A stretch of 64,000 nt of DNA, taken from assembly GCA_963764165.1 (NCBI GenBank), contig CAVXRD010000002.1, positions 1,664,001-1,728,000 of the forward strand, in the 5' to 3' direction. Both the position numbers and the translations under genes were made by a program. Below the pieces are notes generated by a model. It was given only the letters and a program-made list of their open reading frames with translations. It made no database searches and was not told where the DNA came from. This document shows, piece after piece, positions 1 through 9,813 of this stretch. The DNA comes from an uncultured Verrucomicrobiae bacterium. Its GTDB lineage: Bacteria > Verrucomicrobiota > Verrucomicrobiia > Limisphaerales > Palsa-1400. Numbering within the stretch: position 1 is the stretch's first letter; each line of letters starts with the position of its first letter.

Positions 1-1
1 G

Positions 2-538
2 GGCGTGCTGATCGGCGTCGGCCCGGGCGCCGCCTGCACCAGCCGCGGCGTGCTGGGCCTTGGCGTGCCGCAAGTGACGGCCACGGTCGATTGCGCGGCC
101 GCCCGCGACGATCATTACAAAAAATCCGGCAAATACGTCCCGATCATCACCGACGGCGGCATGAGCAAGGGCGGCGACGTCTGCAAAGCGCTCGCCTGCG
201 GTTCGGACGCCGTCATGGTCGGCAGCGCCTTCGCCCGGGCCGAGGAAGCGCCCGGCAAGGGCAACCACTGGGGCATGGCCACCCCGCACGCCAATCTCCC
301 CCGCGGCACGCGCATCAAAGTCGGCGTGACCGGCTCTCTGAAACAAATTCTATTCGGCCCCGCCTCCGTCGACGACGGCTCGCAGAATTTAGTCGGCGCG
401 ATCACGACCTGCATGGGCAACGTCGGCGCCTCGAGCATCCGCGAATTTCAAGAAACCGAAATCATCATCGCCCCCAGCATCAAGACCGAAGGCAAGCTGT
501 TCCAGACGGTGCAGAGTGTCGGCATGGGAACGCGGTGA
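2..538 (+). CDS. GuaB3-family IMP dehydrogenase-related protein (5'-truncated by window edge)
   Basis: GVGPGAACT catalytic-Cys loop, PIITDGG, GSDAVMVGS and HWGMA motifs of the IMPDH/GuaB3 C-terminal half. Confidence 0.85.
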   Translation, partial: GVLIGVGPGAACTSRGVLGLGVPQVTATVDCAAARDDHYKKSGKYVPIITDGGMSKGGDVCKALACGSDAVMVGSAFARAEEAPGKGNHWGMATPHANLPRGTRIKVGVTGSLKQILFGPASVDDGSQNLVGAITTCMGNVGASSIREFQETEIIIAPSIKTEGKLFQTVQSVGMGTR

Positions 539-596
539 CGAGGCGGTTCTTTCGGCTGGCGCTTGGATCAACCGCCCAAAACCTAGAATTACGCGG

Positions 597-625
597 TTGA
601 CTTGGTTGATTTGGTTGATTATGTT
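597..625 (+). promoter_or_regulatory. Sigma70-like promoter TTGACT-N17-TATGTT overlapped by three 9-bp direct repeats
   Basis: TTGACT 597-602 and TATGTT 620-625; repeats GGTTGACTT/GGTTGATTT/GGTTGATTA at 595-621; ATG at 632, 7 nt after the -10. Confidence 0.55.
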
Positions 626-631
626 TCAGCC

Positions 632-1333
632 ATGAAGGCTGAAGTGGAAGTTTGCGAAATGACGCCGGCCAAGGCGCTTTCCGCTCGAGAATCGGTTGTT
701 CCCGTGGACTCACGTCTTAGCGGAGCCATGAAAATCATCTTCAAAACGATGCACGGAATTCACTCGGCATCCCGGCAGGAGATTCTAAGAGCCGCGAAGA
801 AAAAAGGGTATACAGAGGCCGAGGTTGAAGCAGCCTTGGATTATTTGGTCAAGACGCCTGTTTTGACTGAAAGTGTCTCCCAGATAGTGTCAACGCCCTC
901 AGGTCCTCCTACGCCTGGCAGCAGTTCCGGCCTTGGAACCTTTGATCCTTATGCCGCCGGGGAACGGTTGGTTGAAGAACTTAAAGCGACCGAGGGCGGC
1001 GCGTGGACCGGACAAGAACTTCAAAAGCGTTTCAAGTTGACGCCGGCCACACTTCACCGGCGTCGCAAAGAGCACCGCATCATTTATTTTCGAGATGGCC
1101 GGCACGACTTTCATTACCCAATATGGCAATTCACTCCTGGCGGAGCCATGCTGCCAGGAATACAGGAAGTGTTGGCGAAATTTCAGAGCCGGGATGAGTG
1201 GCGCGTTATGCGCTATTTTCTAGGAAAGCGCGCCGAGTTAGGAGATCGCCGGCCATTGGACTTGCTGCGCGACGGCGAAAGGGAAAAAGTTCTGGCTCAC
1301 GCCAAAATCCATGCCGAGGAAAACACCTGGTAA
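632..1333 (+). CDS. Xre/MbcA/ParS-like antitoxin
   Basis: HTH-like WTGQELQKRFKLTPATLHRRR...YPIWQF, C-terminal FLGKRAELGDRRPLDLL toxin-binding motif; overlaps the RES gene; start (632 vs 659 or 728) uncertain. Confidence 0.75.
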   Translation: MKAEVEVCEMTPAKALSARESVVPVDSRLSGAMKIIFKTMHGIHSASRQEILRAAKKKGYTEAEVEAALDYLVKTPVLTESVSQIVSTPSGPPTPGSSSGLGTFDPYAAGERLVEELKATEGGAWTGQELQKRFKLTPATLHRRRKEHRIIYFRDGRHDFHYPIWQFTPGGAMLPGIQEVLAKFQSRDEWRVMRYFLGKRAELGDRRPLDLLRDGEREKVLAHAKIHAEENTW

Positions 1334-2018
1334 GCTCAACGCTCCTTCGCCACAAGTTGCGTTCGATCAGCTTCCGCTGGAAAAACTTTGCGTTCATGCG
1401 AGGGGTGTGTTCTATCGCATGCACTCCATCAACCCCGCCACAAAGGCGCCATGGCCCGCCGTTTTTTTCGGCAAGCGCGGCAGGACCCGGTTCGACCCGG
1501 CGAGTGGGACGGGCACTCTTTACCTGGGTTCGACACTAGTGGGAGCGCTCATGGAGATTTTCGACGACCGTTGGGGGCCTCTCGGCGACCATTCACGAAG
1601 CCTGACCCGATCTGAACTCGAACAATGGTGGGTGACGCTTGTGGATGTCCCGCCTGTTATGGTCTTTGACGCTCATGGCCAGAATCTCTCAAAGATTGGC
1701 ACTGACCTCCAAGTTGTGTCGGGAAACCATCAAATTTCACGAAGCTGGGCGCTTCGGATGATGCGCCATCCCGCCAAGGTCGGCGGCATCGTGTATCCTT
1801 CCCGTCATGACGCCACACAGCGCAATCTCGCCTTGTTCAAGCGCCCCGGGCTAACTCCTCCATCGTTTGATGCAACCCTGCAACCTCCCGCAGCAAGGCA
1901 TGGGACAGGACCCGCAATGGCTGCCAGAACGCTAGTTCTTGGCCCTGCAACCCTGCTCCGCGACCATCCCGAGTTGAACATAGCGCTGCAAGAACTCGAA
2001 GTCGCTATCCTCCCATGA
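1311..2018 (+). CDS. RES-domain toxin (NAD+ phosphorylase/ART-like)
   Basis: RFDP...TLYLG...ALMEIF...GIVYPSRH...NLALF carries the R-E-S signature. Confidence 0.85.
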   Translation: MPRKTPGKLNAPSPQVAFDQLPLEKLCVHARGVFYRMHSINPATKAPWPAVFFGKRGRTRFDPASGTGTLYLGSTLVGALMEIFDDRWGPLGDHSRSLTRSELEQWWVTLVDVPPVMVFDAHGQNLSKIGTDLQVVSGNHQISRSWALRMMRHPAKVGGIVYPSRHDATQRNLALFKRPGLTPPSFDATLQPPAARHGTGPAMAARTLVLGPATLLRDHPELNIALQELEVAILP

Positions 2019-2349
2019 GCTTAACCGCAAGGAGACGAGCCGTAAGTTTGAGCGAATCGCTACGTATCCAATTCAGCGCGGATTGCTGTTTCATAGACTC
2101 CGGGATCGGGAAGATTCGACGGGGACGTAAACGCCAAGGCAACTTGGTCGACTGTTGTGGTAAGTTGCCCTTTGAATTCCAGTGGCCGGACGCTTCCGTG
2201 CGGGGCGCCTCCCCTAAATCGTAGTCGCGAAAAGTCAGTGAGCCGCTTTCGCGTGGGCCGGCAGGGCCACCGGGACGGTCGCGCTCCCAAAATCCGATTG
2301 AATCGCGCAGGACTGATCGGATGCGCGGCAAATTTCTGCACTCGGGTTT

Positions 2350-2558
2350 GCCGCCGAAGCGCCGTCGGCGCGGCAACTTTGTAGAACCGGCGAAAATGAT
2401 CTTTCAAGCTCCGTAGGAGCGGCACCTTCGGCACACGGCAGGCGACTGAGAAAACCGGCGTTCAAGATCGCTCCCGCCACGGGTGCTGCTCCTACGGAGC
2501 TTGGGCCATTTTGTTGTTTGTTTCTACAACGATGCCGCGCCTGCGGCGCTTCGGCGGC
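2350..2558. repeat. Nested inverted repeats (REP/MITE-like)
   Basis: Outer arms 2350-2386/2522-2558 (37 bp, 4 mismatches); inner arms 2405-2426/2482-2503 (22 bp, 1 mismatch, contain GTAG). Confidence 0.85.
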
Positions 2559-2915
2559 GGCCAGTGGCGCGCCGGACGGATTCCATGCCGAGGAAGGGTG
2601 TTTCGATAATACCACATAAGCGTGTCATTACAATAAGAATTGACGCAAGAGCGGTTTGGCGTTATTTTTCTCCTTGTCGCCTTCTGGGCGTGTTCTTTGA
2701 TATTTTGCGGATTCCAACGCTAAGTGGAGCAGTTGTTTCAAAACGGGCGGTCGGGCGACTAAATGAATCGCGCCGGCATGATTGAAGGCGGGTGACGCCT
2801 AGATTATATCGGGGCGGCGACGCAGCGCCAGCCCTGCCTCAATTTGGCAGGACGGGCCTGCGTGTCCGCCCAGTTATCCTCACCCTTCCAATCACACCCA
2901 AATCGTGATCGGGCG

Positions 2916-2945
2916 TTGCACGCTATTGCACCCTATTGCACCCTT
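2916..2945. repeat. Tandem 10-bp repeat x3
   Basis: TTGCACGCTA TTGCACCCTA TTGCACCCTT. Confidence 0.75.
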
Positions 2946-3198
2946 GGTTTTCGCGGCAGGGCGCCAGCGGGAAAAGAGCTTTCGCGCAGAGAAGATGCGT
3001 GCGCAGAGGAACACAGGGATAAATCCATACTCCACTGAAATCGTCAAGGGAACCAAATATGGCTGGTCTGTTGCCATTCTTGTTGGGTTCCTCGCTGTTT
3101 TTCAATGGAACAATGATGGTGCAGGCATCTTGATGAAAATTTTCAGGGAACGACGGAAAGACGCCGCGTTTCATGCAACCCGACAGCGCGGGAAGAAA

Positions 3199-3241
3199 TG
3201 TTGCGGGTCTGTTGCGGGTTTGTTGCTATTTTTGTTGCCCC
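3199..3241. repeat. Degenerate tandem 11-bp repeat x3-4
   Basis: TGTTGCGGGTC TGTTGCGGGTT TGTTGCTATTT T TGTTGCCCC. Confidence 0.65.
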
Positions 3242-3451
3242 TTATCTCGTTGATGGTCAACCGTGTAGCGGGTGTTGCCCCTTTTTCGAGATCATATATA
3301 ATCGCTCGCACTTCGATAATTCGCCCCTGGCGAAGCTAAAGATCTTCTGACCTTGGCGCCGCCGCCAAAAGGGAAATCCAAAAAAGTCTGGACGATGCGT
3401 CAGCTTTATGGAATATCATTCAAACCGAGTTCAACCTCAGGCCAATTTCCC

Positions 3452-3667
3452 ATGAGCGAATTTAAATTTGATTGCAAGTGCGGGCAGCGGATTAAAATCG
3501 ATGACCAGTTTGCTGGCCGCGAAATCGAATGCCCAGCCTGCAAAACCAAGTTGACGGTGCCATGGCCGCCTGGCAAACCAACCGGCATGACGTTTGTTCC
3601 TGAAACCTGGAAGAAACCATCCTCTCCCGCCGCCGCAAAACCGGGGGACGACAAGCCGAAAGCGTAG
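3452..3667 (+). CDS. Small Zn-ribbon protein with Pro/Lys-rich tail
   Basis: MSEFKFDCKCGQRI...IECPAC (CxC...CxxC), 71 aa. Confidence 0.7.
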   Translation: MSEFKFDCKCGQRIKIDDQFAGREIECPACKTKLTVPWPPGKPTGMTFVPETWKKPSSPAAAKPGDDKPKA

Positions 3668-3780
3668 TGTCTCCCGCTGGCGTCGTTTGGGCCAAAAGCG
3701 TGAGAAATATCGCCCTTCCAGCGTGGTTCTTTTTGGCCCGTTGACTCTGTTTCGCAAGCCTGGGTCCATCCGGCGGACAA

Positions 3781-4707
3781 TTAGTCTCGTTGCAAAAGCT
3801 TCAGGACGGCTCGCAATACAATTTCCACCGGCGCGTTTTCGAGCCCACCCGGATGGCGCAGCAGTTGAAATTTTTCACTTATGGGTCGCCACACAGAAGC
3901 ATTCGAGCGGCCCCACAATGCGAGGCCCGGCAAATCCAGCGCGGCGGCAAGGTGAGTGATTCCGGAATCGTGGCCGATGAAGGCATCGCAATCCTGCATC
4001 AAGCGCGCCAATTCAGGCAAGGGGAGGTTTTGCGCCATGCGCACGCGCGCCTCGGGCAAGCGCGATGCCAGGCGCGCGCATCGGCCCTCCTCTGCTTCGC
4101 CGCCGATCAGCAAGAGACGGAATTCAGTTTGATTGACAATCAATTCCAGCAATGCCGCCCATTTGGCTTCAGGCCAATTCTTGAGTTTGCCTCCGCTGCC
4201 AGGATGCGCGGCGAGCCATGTCCCCGGAGCCGGGTTTCCATTTCGCGGCATCCGAAGCCTGGGGCGTGAATCCACCCCTTGCATTCCCAATATTTCCAGG
4301 GGGCGAAGCAGCGCCTCCGCGGCATGAAGATCATCCGATTCTCTCGGGCGGTGCGGGCCACCAATGCATGCCGCCTTTGTGCAGCGCGCGACATTGTGCT
4401 GAAACACGCGATCAGGATCGTAAGCGAAGGAAATAATTAAATCGAACCCCGCAAAGAATTCGGCGGCGGCGGCAGGCCGCGCGCCGCCGTCGACAAAAAA
4501 ACCGCTGAACATCGGCGATTCGATGGCCGTGACGCTTTCCGCCAAACCACCCGCCACCGCGAGCGAGGCAATCGCCGGATAGCCGAGGATGTGCAGGGAA
4601 CTCTCCGGGAAATTCCGCCGCAAGGCCGCCAGCACCGGCAGCGTCAAGATGAAATCGCCAATCGCGCCGCCGCGAACGACAAGGATTTTCCGCGGCGGCT
4701 TGATCAA
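3781..4707 (-). CDS. Glycosyltransferase family 9 (ADP-heptose:LPS heptosyltransferase-like)
   Basis: ILVVRGGAIGD, HPGSGGKLKNWP and FIGHDSGITHLAAA motifs; TTG start at 4707, just downstream of the upstream gene's stop. Confidence 0.85.
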   Translation of the reverse strand: MIKPPRKILVVRGGAIGDFILTLPVLAALRRNFPESSLHILGYPAIASLAVAGGLAESVTAIESPMFSGFFVDGGARPAAAAEFFAGFDLIISFAYDPDRVFQHNVARCTKAACIGGPHRPRESDDLHAAEALLRPLEILGMQGVDSRPRLRMPRNGNPAPGTWLAAHPGSGGKLKNWPEAKWAALLELIVNQTEFRLLLIGGEAEEGRCARLASRLPEARVRMAQNLPLPELARLMQDCDAFIGHDSGITHLAAALDLPGLALWGRSNASVWRPISEKFQLLRHPGGLENAPVEIVLRAVLKLLQRD

Positions 4708-4720
4708 TGGGAGCGGTTGG

Positions 4721-6001
4721 CTACCGGACAGACACGTCCAGGCTGACGCCCTCGCGGGTGCTGCGGGCGTAAATATGGCCATTGCTGATGCTCGGCGCAT
4801 TCCAGCATTTGCCGGACAGCACATGGCTGCGGGCCACTTCCTGATATTTTTCAGGCGAGGCTTTTACGAGGACGAGGTCTCCGGCATCGCTCAGAACCAG
4901 AACGCAACCGCTGACCAGCGTGCAGCCTCCCGGACCAAAACCCTCCTGCGACCAAACCACCTGGCCTGACGTCGCGTTGACGCACACCAGCGGCGCTTTT
5001 CCGAATTTGGCCTGGCCGGAAATGCCGTAGATAAAGCCGTCGCTGTAAACCGGCGTGCTCCAGTGATTGGCCAGAATGCTGGCTGGCTGCTTCCAAACCG
5101 GGGCGGCGTCGAACGTGTCCCCAGTTTTCGTGATCTTGCACGCAGCCGTGCCGACACCATAGGCCGCGGAGCAATACACCATGTCGCCGCAGACCAAAGG
5201 GGATATGGCGGTCGAGACCGCGTACTTGAACGGAAAACGCCAGAGCACCGCGCCGGTGGCGGGGGCGACGGACACCAGCCCGCGCTGCGTGAAAAAGATC
5301 ACCTGCCGCGTGCCGAGAATCGTGGCTGCCACGGGGGTGGACTGCGTCATCTTCTCGTCCTGCCCCTTCCACACGACGTGGCCATCCATTTTATTGAAAG
5401 CGAGCAAGGATTCGCCCATGCCGCCGCCCGCAACGAAAACCAGATTGCCGTCGATCAATGGCGAGGCGGCGCTTTCCCAATGAATATTATGGCCGCCAAA
5501 TTCATGGATAATATCCTTGGCCCAAATCTGCTGCCCAGTCGCCCCGTCCATGCACTTCAATACCATGGTGGAGGAATAGGTGTAGACCCGCCCCCCATCG
5601 GCGGTCGGCGTGGAGCGCGGGCCGTCACCACCATTATTCTCGGGTGTGCCTTTTTCGCCGCCGTCGTCATAATGCGCAACCCCGAGCGGCACCACCCAAA
5701 GCTGGCGTCCGGTCTTTTCGTCCCGCGCCACGCACGATTCTTGTTCCGCGCCATCAATGTTCCGCGTCTCGAGCGTATAGGCATGTGTGCCGTCGACGGT
5801 GATGGCGCTGAAGCCGTCGGTCATGGGTTGTTTCCAAACTTCCTTGAGGCCGGTGGCGGGCCAGGCAGTGAGAATTTTTTCGGGCGATGCGCCGTCGTGG
5901 TTCGGCCCGCGAAATTGCGGCCAATCCACTGCTCCGGCAGTTCCGGCCATTGCGGCCACCAAACCAGTGGCGAGAGTCCATTTGATAATTCGTCTTGCCA
6001 T
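4721..6001 (-). CDS. Secreted PQQ-binding-like/BamB-like beta-propeller protein
   Basis: Signal peptide, DWPQFRGP start, GPRSTP, and repeated TG..LW/VW Trp-docking motifs. Confidence 0.85.
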   Translation of the reverse strand: MARRIIKWTLATGLVAAMAGTAGAVDWPQFRGPNHDGASPEKILTAWPATGLKEVWKQPMTDGFSAITVDGTHAYTLETRNIDGAEQESCVARDEKTGRQLWVVPLGVAHYDDGGEKGTPENNGGDGPRSTPTADGGRVYTYSSTMVLKCMDGATGQQIWAKDIIHEFGGHNIHWESAASPLIDGNLVFVAGGGMGESLLAFNKMDGHVVWKGQDEKMTQSTPVAATILGTRQVIFFTQRGLVSVAPATGAVLWRFPFKYAVSTAISPLVCGDMVYCSAAYGVGTAACKITKTGDTFDAAPVWKQPASILANHWSTPVYSDGFIYGISGQAKFGKAPLVCVNATSGQVVWSQEGFGPGGCTLVSGCVLVLSDAGDLVLVKASPEKYQEVARSHVLSGKCWNAPSISNGHIYARSTREGVSLDVSVR

Positions 6002-6031
6002 ATCCGCTCATTGAGCATTCAAAGCAGGGGA

Positions 6032-7237
6032 GTGTCAAACTCCAAAGCCACGCTGCGCCTCCGAATCACGGCCACCGCGGAAACCATTGTCCGCGGGGGG
6101 CATCCGTGGGTTTTCGCGCAAAGCGTCCGCGGGCAAAACCGCGACGGGGCAACCGGCGAATTGGCGGTGATCTTTGACCGCAAGGACAAATTTCTGGCCG
6201 CCGGATTGTATGATCCTGATTCTCCCATTCGCGTCCGCATTCTTCACGCCGGAAAGCCGCGGAGCATTGACGGGGTTTTCTGGCAGGAACGCGCCGAGTC
6301 CGCGCGAGCGCGCCGCGCGAATCTCTTTTCCGCGGACACAACCGGCTACCGCGTCATCAACGGAGAAAGCGACGGCTGGCCCGGCCTGGTGCTGGATCGT
6401 TATAGCGAAACGATGGTGGCAAAATTATATACTACAGCATGGCTGCCGCGCCTGGCGGAGTTTGCGCCGTTGCTGGCCGGAGAAAATCCGCTGGTCATCC
6501 GCTTGAGCCGGAACATTCAACAATTCGCGGCCGAGCACCACCAATTGCGCGACGGTCAAGCGTGGCGGGGCCCGCCATTGACCGAACCCGTGGAATTTCT
6601 GGAAGGCGGTTTGCGCTTTGAAGCAGACGTCGCGCGGGGGCAGAAAACGGGATTCTTCCTCGACCAGCGCGAAAATCGCCGGGAAGTTCGCAATCTGGCC
6701 AAAGGGCGGCATGTGTTGAATTTGTTTAGTTTCACCGGCGGCTTCTCGCTCTGCGCCGCGGATGGCGGGGCAGCGTCCGTGTGCAGCGTGGACATCAGTG
6801 AACACGCGCTGGCTGGCGCCAGGCGAAACTTCGCGCTGAATTTGGATCGGTCTGCAATTGCGCAATGTCCGCACGAGACCATCCAGGCGGACATTTTTGA
6901 ATGGCTGGCCGCGCGCCCGCGGCGCCAATACGATTTAATCGTGGTCGACCCGCCGTCGCTGGCAAAAAAGGAACTTGAGCGGCCGGACGCGATTGGGGCT
7001 TACGGCAAACTAATCGAGGGAAGCGTCGCGCGTCTTTCCCCGCGAGGCATTCTCGTCGCCGCTTCGTGTTCCGCCCACGTTTCGGCGGATGAATTCTTCG
7101 CCACTGCTTGGGATGCAGCAAAACGAAGCGGCCGGAAATTCGCCGAGCTAAAGCGCACCGGGCACGCGCCCGATCATCCAGCAACATTCCCGGAAGCGCA
7201 GTATCTCAAATGCATCTGTCTGGAAGGGCAATCTTAG
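6032..7237 (+). CDS. rlmI: RlmI/RlmK-like 23S rRNA SAM methyltransferase
   Basis: PUA domain [54 protein letters not shown] at 6032 preceded by AGGGGA. Confidence 0.85.
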   Translation: MSNSKATLRLRITATAETIVRGGHPWVFAQSVRGQNRDGATGELAVIFDRKDKFLAAGLYDPDSPIRVRILHAGKPRSIDGVFWQERAESARARRANLFSADTTGYRVINGESDGWPGLVLDRYSETMVAKLYTTAWLPRLAEFAPLLAGENPLVIRLSRNIQQFAAEHHQLRDGQAWRGPPLTEPVEFLEGGLRFEADVARGQKTGFFLDQRENRREVRNLAKGRHVLNLFSFTGGFSLCAADGGAASVCSVDISEHALAGARRNFALNLDRSAIAQCPHETIQADIFEWLAARPRRQYDLIVVDPPSLAKKELERPDAIGAYGKLIEGSVARLSPRGILVAASCSAHVSADEFFATAWDAAKRSGRKFAELKRTGHAPDHPATFPEAQYLKCICLEGQS

Positions 7238-7256
7238 AAGGAAAAGGGAATATTTT

Positions 7257-7422
7257 AATCAGGAACGACCGAACTCAGGAAAAGAGGCGAACGGGAAATC
7301 GGAGTCTTCTGATCTACCGCGTCCATTTCTGCATGCCTTATATATCTGCAACCAGATTTTAGAATTCGATTCAACAACGCCATCGCCAGGGCCTCTTTTC
7401 CTGAGTTCGGTCGTTCCTGATT
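7257..7422. repeat. Perfect 32-bp inverted repeat pair between convergent genes
   Basis: 7257-7288 AATCAGGAACGACCGAACTCAGGAAAAGAGGC is the exact reverse complement of 7391-7422. Confidence 0.9.
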
Positions 7423-7441
7423 TAAAAACTTTTTCCCCTGG

Positions 7442-8830
7442 TTATATTTGACCTCCTAGCTGACTCGAATTCTCAGCGTCTGGCACGGGTGCGGGCGGAG
7501 CTTCGTCGGGATTTTTTGCCTCGGGCGTGCGCGTCAATGTCAGCCTCGCCACCTTTCGCTGCTGGGTTCGATCCACCCGCAATTCGTATGCGCCCAGCGT
7601 GATTTTGTCTCCCGCCTTGGGGAAGCCGCCGAGGCGCTGGGTGACCCAGCCGCTTGTTGTCGCAATCTCGTCGTCGGAAAGGTTTTGGCCAACCAATTCC
7701 GCCAGTTCGTGCAACGGCAGCGCGCCGTCAATTTCCCATTGATTCGGGCCGCGCGGCAGCAGCAACGGCTTCTCCTGGTCGAATTCGTCCTGAATTTGGC
7801 CGACCAATTCCTCAAGCACGTTTTCCAAGGTGACCATCCCAACGGTGCCGCCGTATTCATCCACCACAATTGCCAAATGAACTTTTCGATCCAAAAATAA
7901 TTGCAGCAATTTTTCGAGCCGTGTCGTTTCCGGCACGTAAATGAGTTTCCGCATGACGGATGCGAGATCCTGTCCGCGTGAAGCCTGCGCGCGCAATGCC
8001 ACCAAATCCTTGATGTGAACAACACCCATCGTTTTGTCCAAATCCCCGCCGCGGCAAAGCGGGAAGCGCGAGTAGCGGGTTTTTTCCGCGATCTCCAGGC
8101 ACTCGTTCAACGTCGCCTCCGTGTCGAAGGCCGCGATTTCCATGCGCGGCCGCATGACGTTGCGGACGACGCGGCGGCTGAGATCGAGCGCGTTGAGAAT
8201 GATCTCGTGGCCAAGCCGCGACGCGCCGGCCCGGCTTTGGTTGAGCATCACGCGCAGCTCCTCGTCCGAATGGACCGCGTTCGCAAATCCGGTCGCTTCA
8301 ATTCCGAATCGGCGCATAAGCCATTGGGCGGAGCGGTTCAGCAGCCAATTGAACGGATACGATGCGCTGTAAAACCAGTGAAGCGGCCGCGCCACAAACA
8401 GCGCCACCGGCAGCGCCGTCTGAATCGCGAACCATTTGGGCCCCAATTCGCCAAGGACAATTTGCAGAAACGTCGCGGTGGCAAAACCGATGGCAAATGC
8501 CGCTGACTTCTGCACTTGGGCGGAAGCGAGGCCGATCCAGTGCATCAGGGGCGAAATCAGATCGAGGAAAACCGGCTCCGCCAGCCAGCCGAGGCCGAGG
8601 CTCGCCATCGTGATTCCAAGTTGCGTCGCGCTGAGGTAGGCTGTCAGGTTTTGCAAAATGCGCCGGGCCATTTTCGCCCGCCGATTTCCCGAGTTGACGA
8701 GCGGATCCAATTGCGTGTCGCGCAGCTTGACGAAGGAAAACTCCGCCGCCACGAAAAAGCCGTTGACCAGCACTATGGCGAGGACGCCGAGCAAATGAAG
8801 CGCATTGGAGGCCAGTGCGTCCGTGCTCAT
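7442..8830 (-). CDS. CNNM/hemolysin-family (DUF21-CBS-CorC_HlyC) Mg2+/Co2+ transporter
   Basis: NGFFVAAEF, TQLGIT, GELGPK, YSRFP and VVDEYGGTVG motifs plus C-terminal CorC_HlyC domain. Confidence 0.9.
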   Translation of the reverse strand: MSTDALASNALHLLGVLAIVLVNGFFVAAEFSFVKLRDTQLDPLVNSGNRRAKMARRILQNLTAYLSATQLGITMASLGLGWLAEPVFLDLISPLMHWIGLASAQVQKSAAFAIGFATATFLQIVLGELGPKWFAIQTALPVALFVARPLHWFYSASYPFNWLLNRSAQWLMRRFGIEATGFANAVHSDEELRVMLNQSRAGASRLGHEIILNALDLSRRVVRNVMRPRMEIAAFDTEATLNECLEIAEKTRYSRFPLCRGGDLDKTMGVVHIKDLVALRAQASRGQDLASVMRKLIYVPETTRLEKLLQLFLDRKVHLAIVVDEYGGTVGMVTLENVLEELVGQIQDEFDQEKPLLLPRGPNQWEIDGALPLHELAELVGQNLSDDEIATTSGWVTQRLGGFPKAGDKITLGAYELRVDRTQQRKVARLTLTRTPEAKNPDEAPPAPVPDAENSSQLGGQI

Positions 8831-9813
8831 AAATTGACCTCGCCGAAGATCACTTTCAGCACGTCCTGCAGCGTGATGATGCCCGATTCGCGGCTGTCCC
8901 GCCCCAAAACAATGGCGAGCCGCCAGCCCGTCTGCTGCATCCGGCGCAGCGCTTCCTCAACGTGCATTTCTTCCGGCAAGTAAAACGCCGGCTGCAAATA
9001 CTGCCGGGCTGGGCGCGACCAATTCACGTCGGCGGAAAAGATAATGTGGTCCAGATTGAAAATGCCGGCCACGCGCCGCGTCCGCGCGTCGAGAGCCGGC
9101 AGCCGCGTCAAATGGCGGCGCCGGCAAACCTCGATGGCCGAGGAAACCGGCTTGTCCGCTTCAGCGACGGCCGCAATCGACAGCGGCACCATGAGATGGC
9201 GCACGCGCAAATTCGGCAAGTCAAGCACACGATTAATCATCGCGCGCTCCTCGCTGGTCAGGCTGGGCGCGGCCTCCTGCATGACGAAGCGCAGCTCGTC
9301 GCGGCTCCCGAACAAGTTGCCGGTGTGCTCCTGCCCGCCTGTCAAGCGCAGCAGCCGCCGCGAAAACCAAGCCACCACCGCCACCAGCGGCGATAGCAGC
9401 CGGTGAATCAGCAGGAAGGGCGAGGCCCAAATCAGCGAAAGCCGGTTCGGATAGCGCTGGAAGAGCGATTTCGGCGCAAGCTCGCACGCAATATAAAAAA
9501 CAAAAACGCCGGCCGCGAACACGGCCGCCTCTGCCCAGGGCCGGCGCCACAGCCAATGGCGCAATTGAATCACGCCCAAACTGAAAATGACAAAATTCAC
9601 GACCGTGTTTCCCACGAGGATTGTCCAAAGGAAGTTCTCAGGATTTTGCAGAAAGTCCTGCAAAACGGCCGCGCGCTTGTCTCCGCTGCGCATGCGCTGG
9701 CGGATGCGAAAACGATTCAGCGCCAGAACTCCCGTCTCCATCCCGGAAAACAGGAACGACAGAGCGCCGCACGCGACCACGGCCATTAGGATCAGCACGT
9801 CGGTGGGGTTCAT
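8827..9813 (-). CDS. CNNM (DUF21-CBS) protein lacking the CorC_HlyC domain
   Basis: FSGMETG, TILVGN, ELAPK, CBS pair ending GIITLQDVLKVIFGE. Confidence 0.85.
   Translation of the reverse strand: MNPTDVLILMAVVACGALSFLFSGMETGVLALNRFRIRQRMRSGDKRAAVLQDFLQNPENFLWTILVGNTVVNFVIFSLGVIQLRHWLWRRPWAEAAVFAAGVFVFYIACELAPKSLFQRYPNRLSLIWASPFLLIHRLLSPLVAVVAWFSRRLLRLTGGQEHTGNLFGSRDELRFVMQEAAPSLTSEERAMINRVLDLPNLRVRHLMVPLSIAAVAEADKPVSSAIEVCRRRHLTRLPALDARTRRVAGIFNLDHIIFSADVNWSRPARQYLQPAFYLPEEMHVEEALRRMQQTGWRLAIVLGRDSRESGIITLQDVLKVIFGEVNL

Noticed and set aside
2483..3339. ORFs 2483-2785, 2905-3339 and 2060-2434
   Set aside because: They run through repeats, lack motifs and clear starts; treated as non-coding
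5063..6031. 323-aa N-terminal extension making a 724-aa RlmI fusion
   Set aside because: It is the antisense shadow of the propeller gene; recognisable RlmI sequence and an RBS begin at GTG 6032
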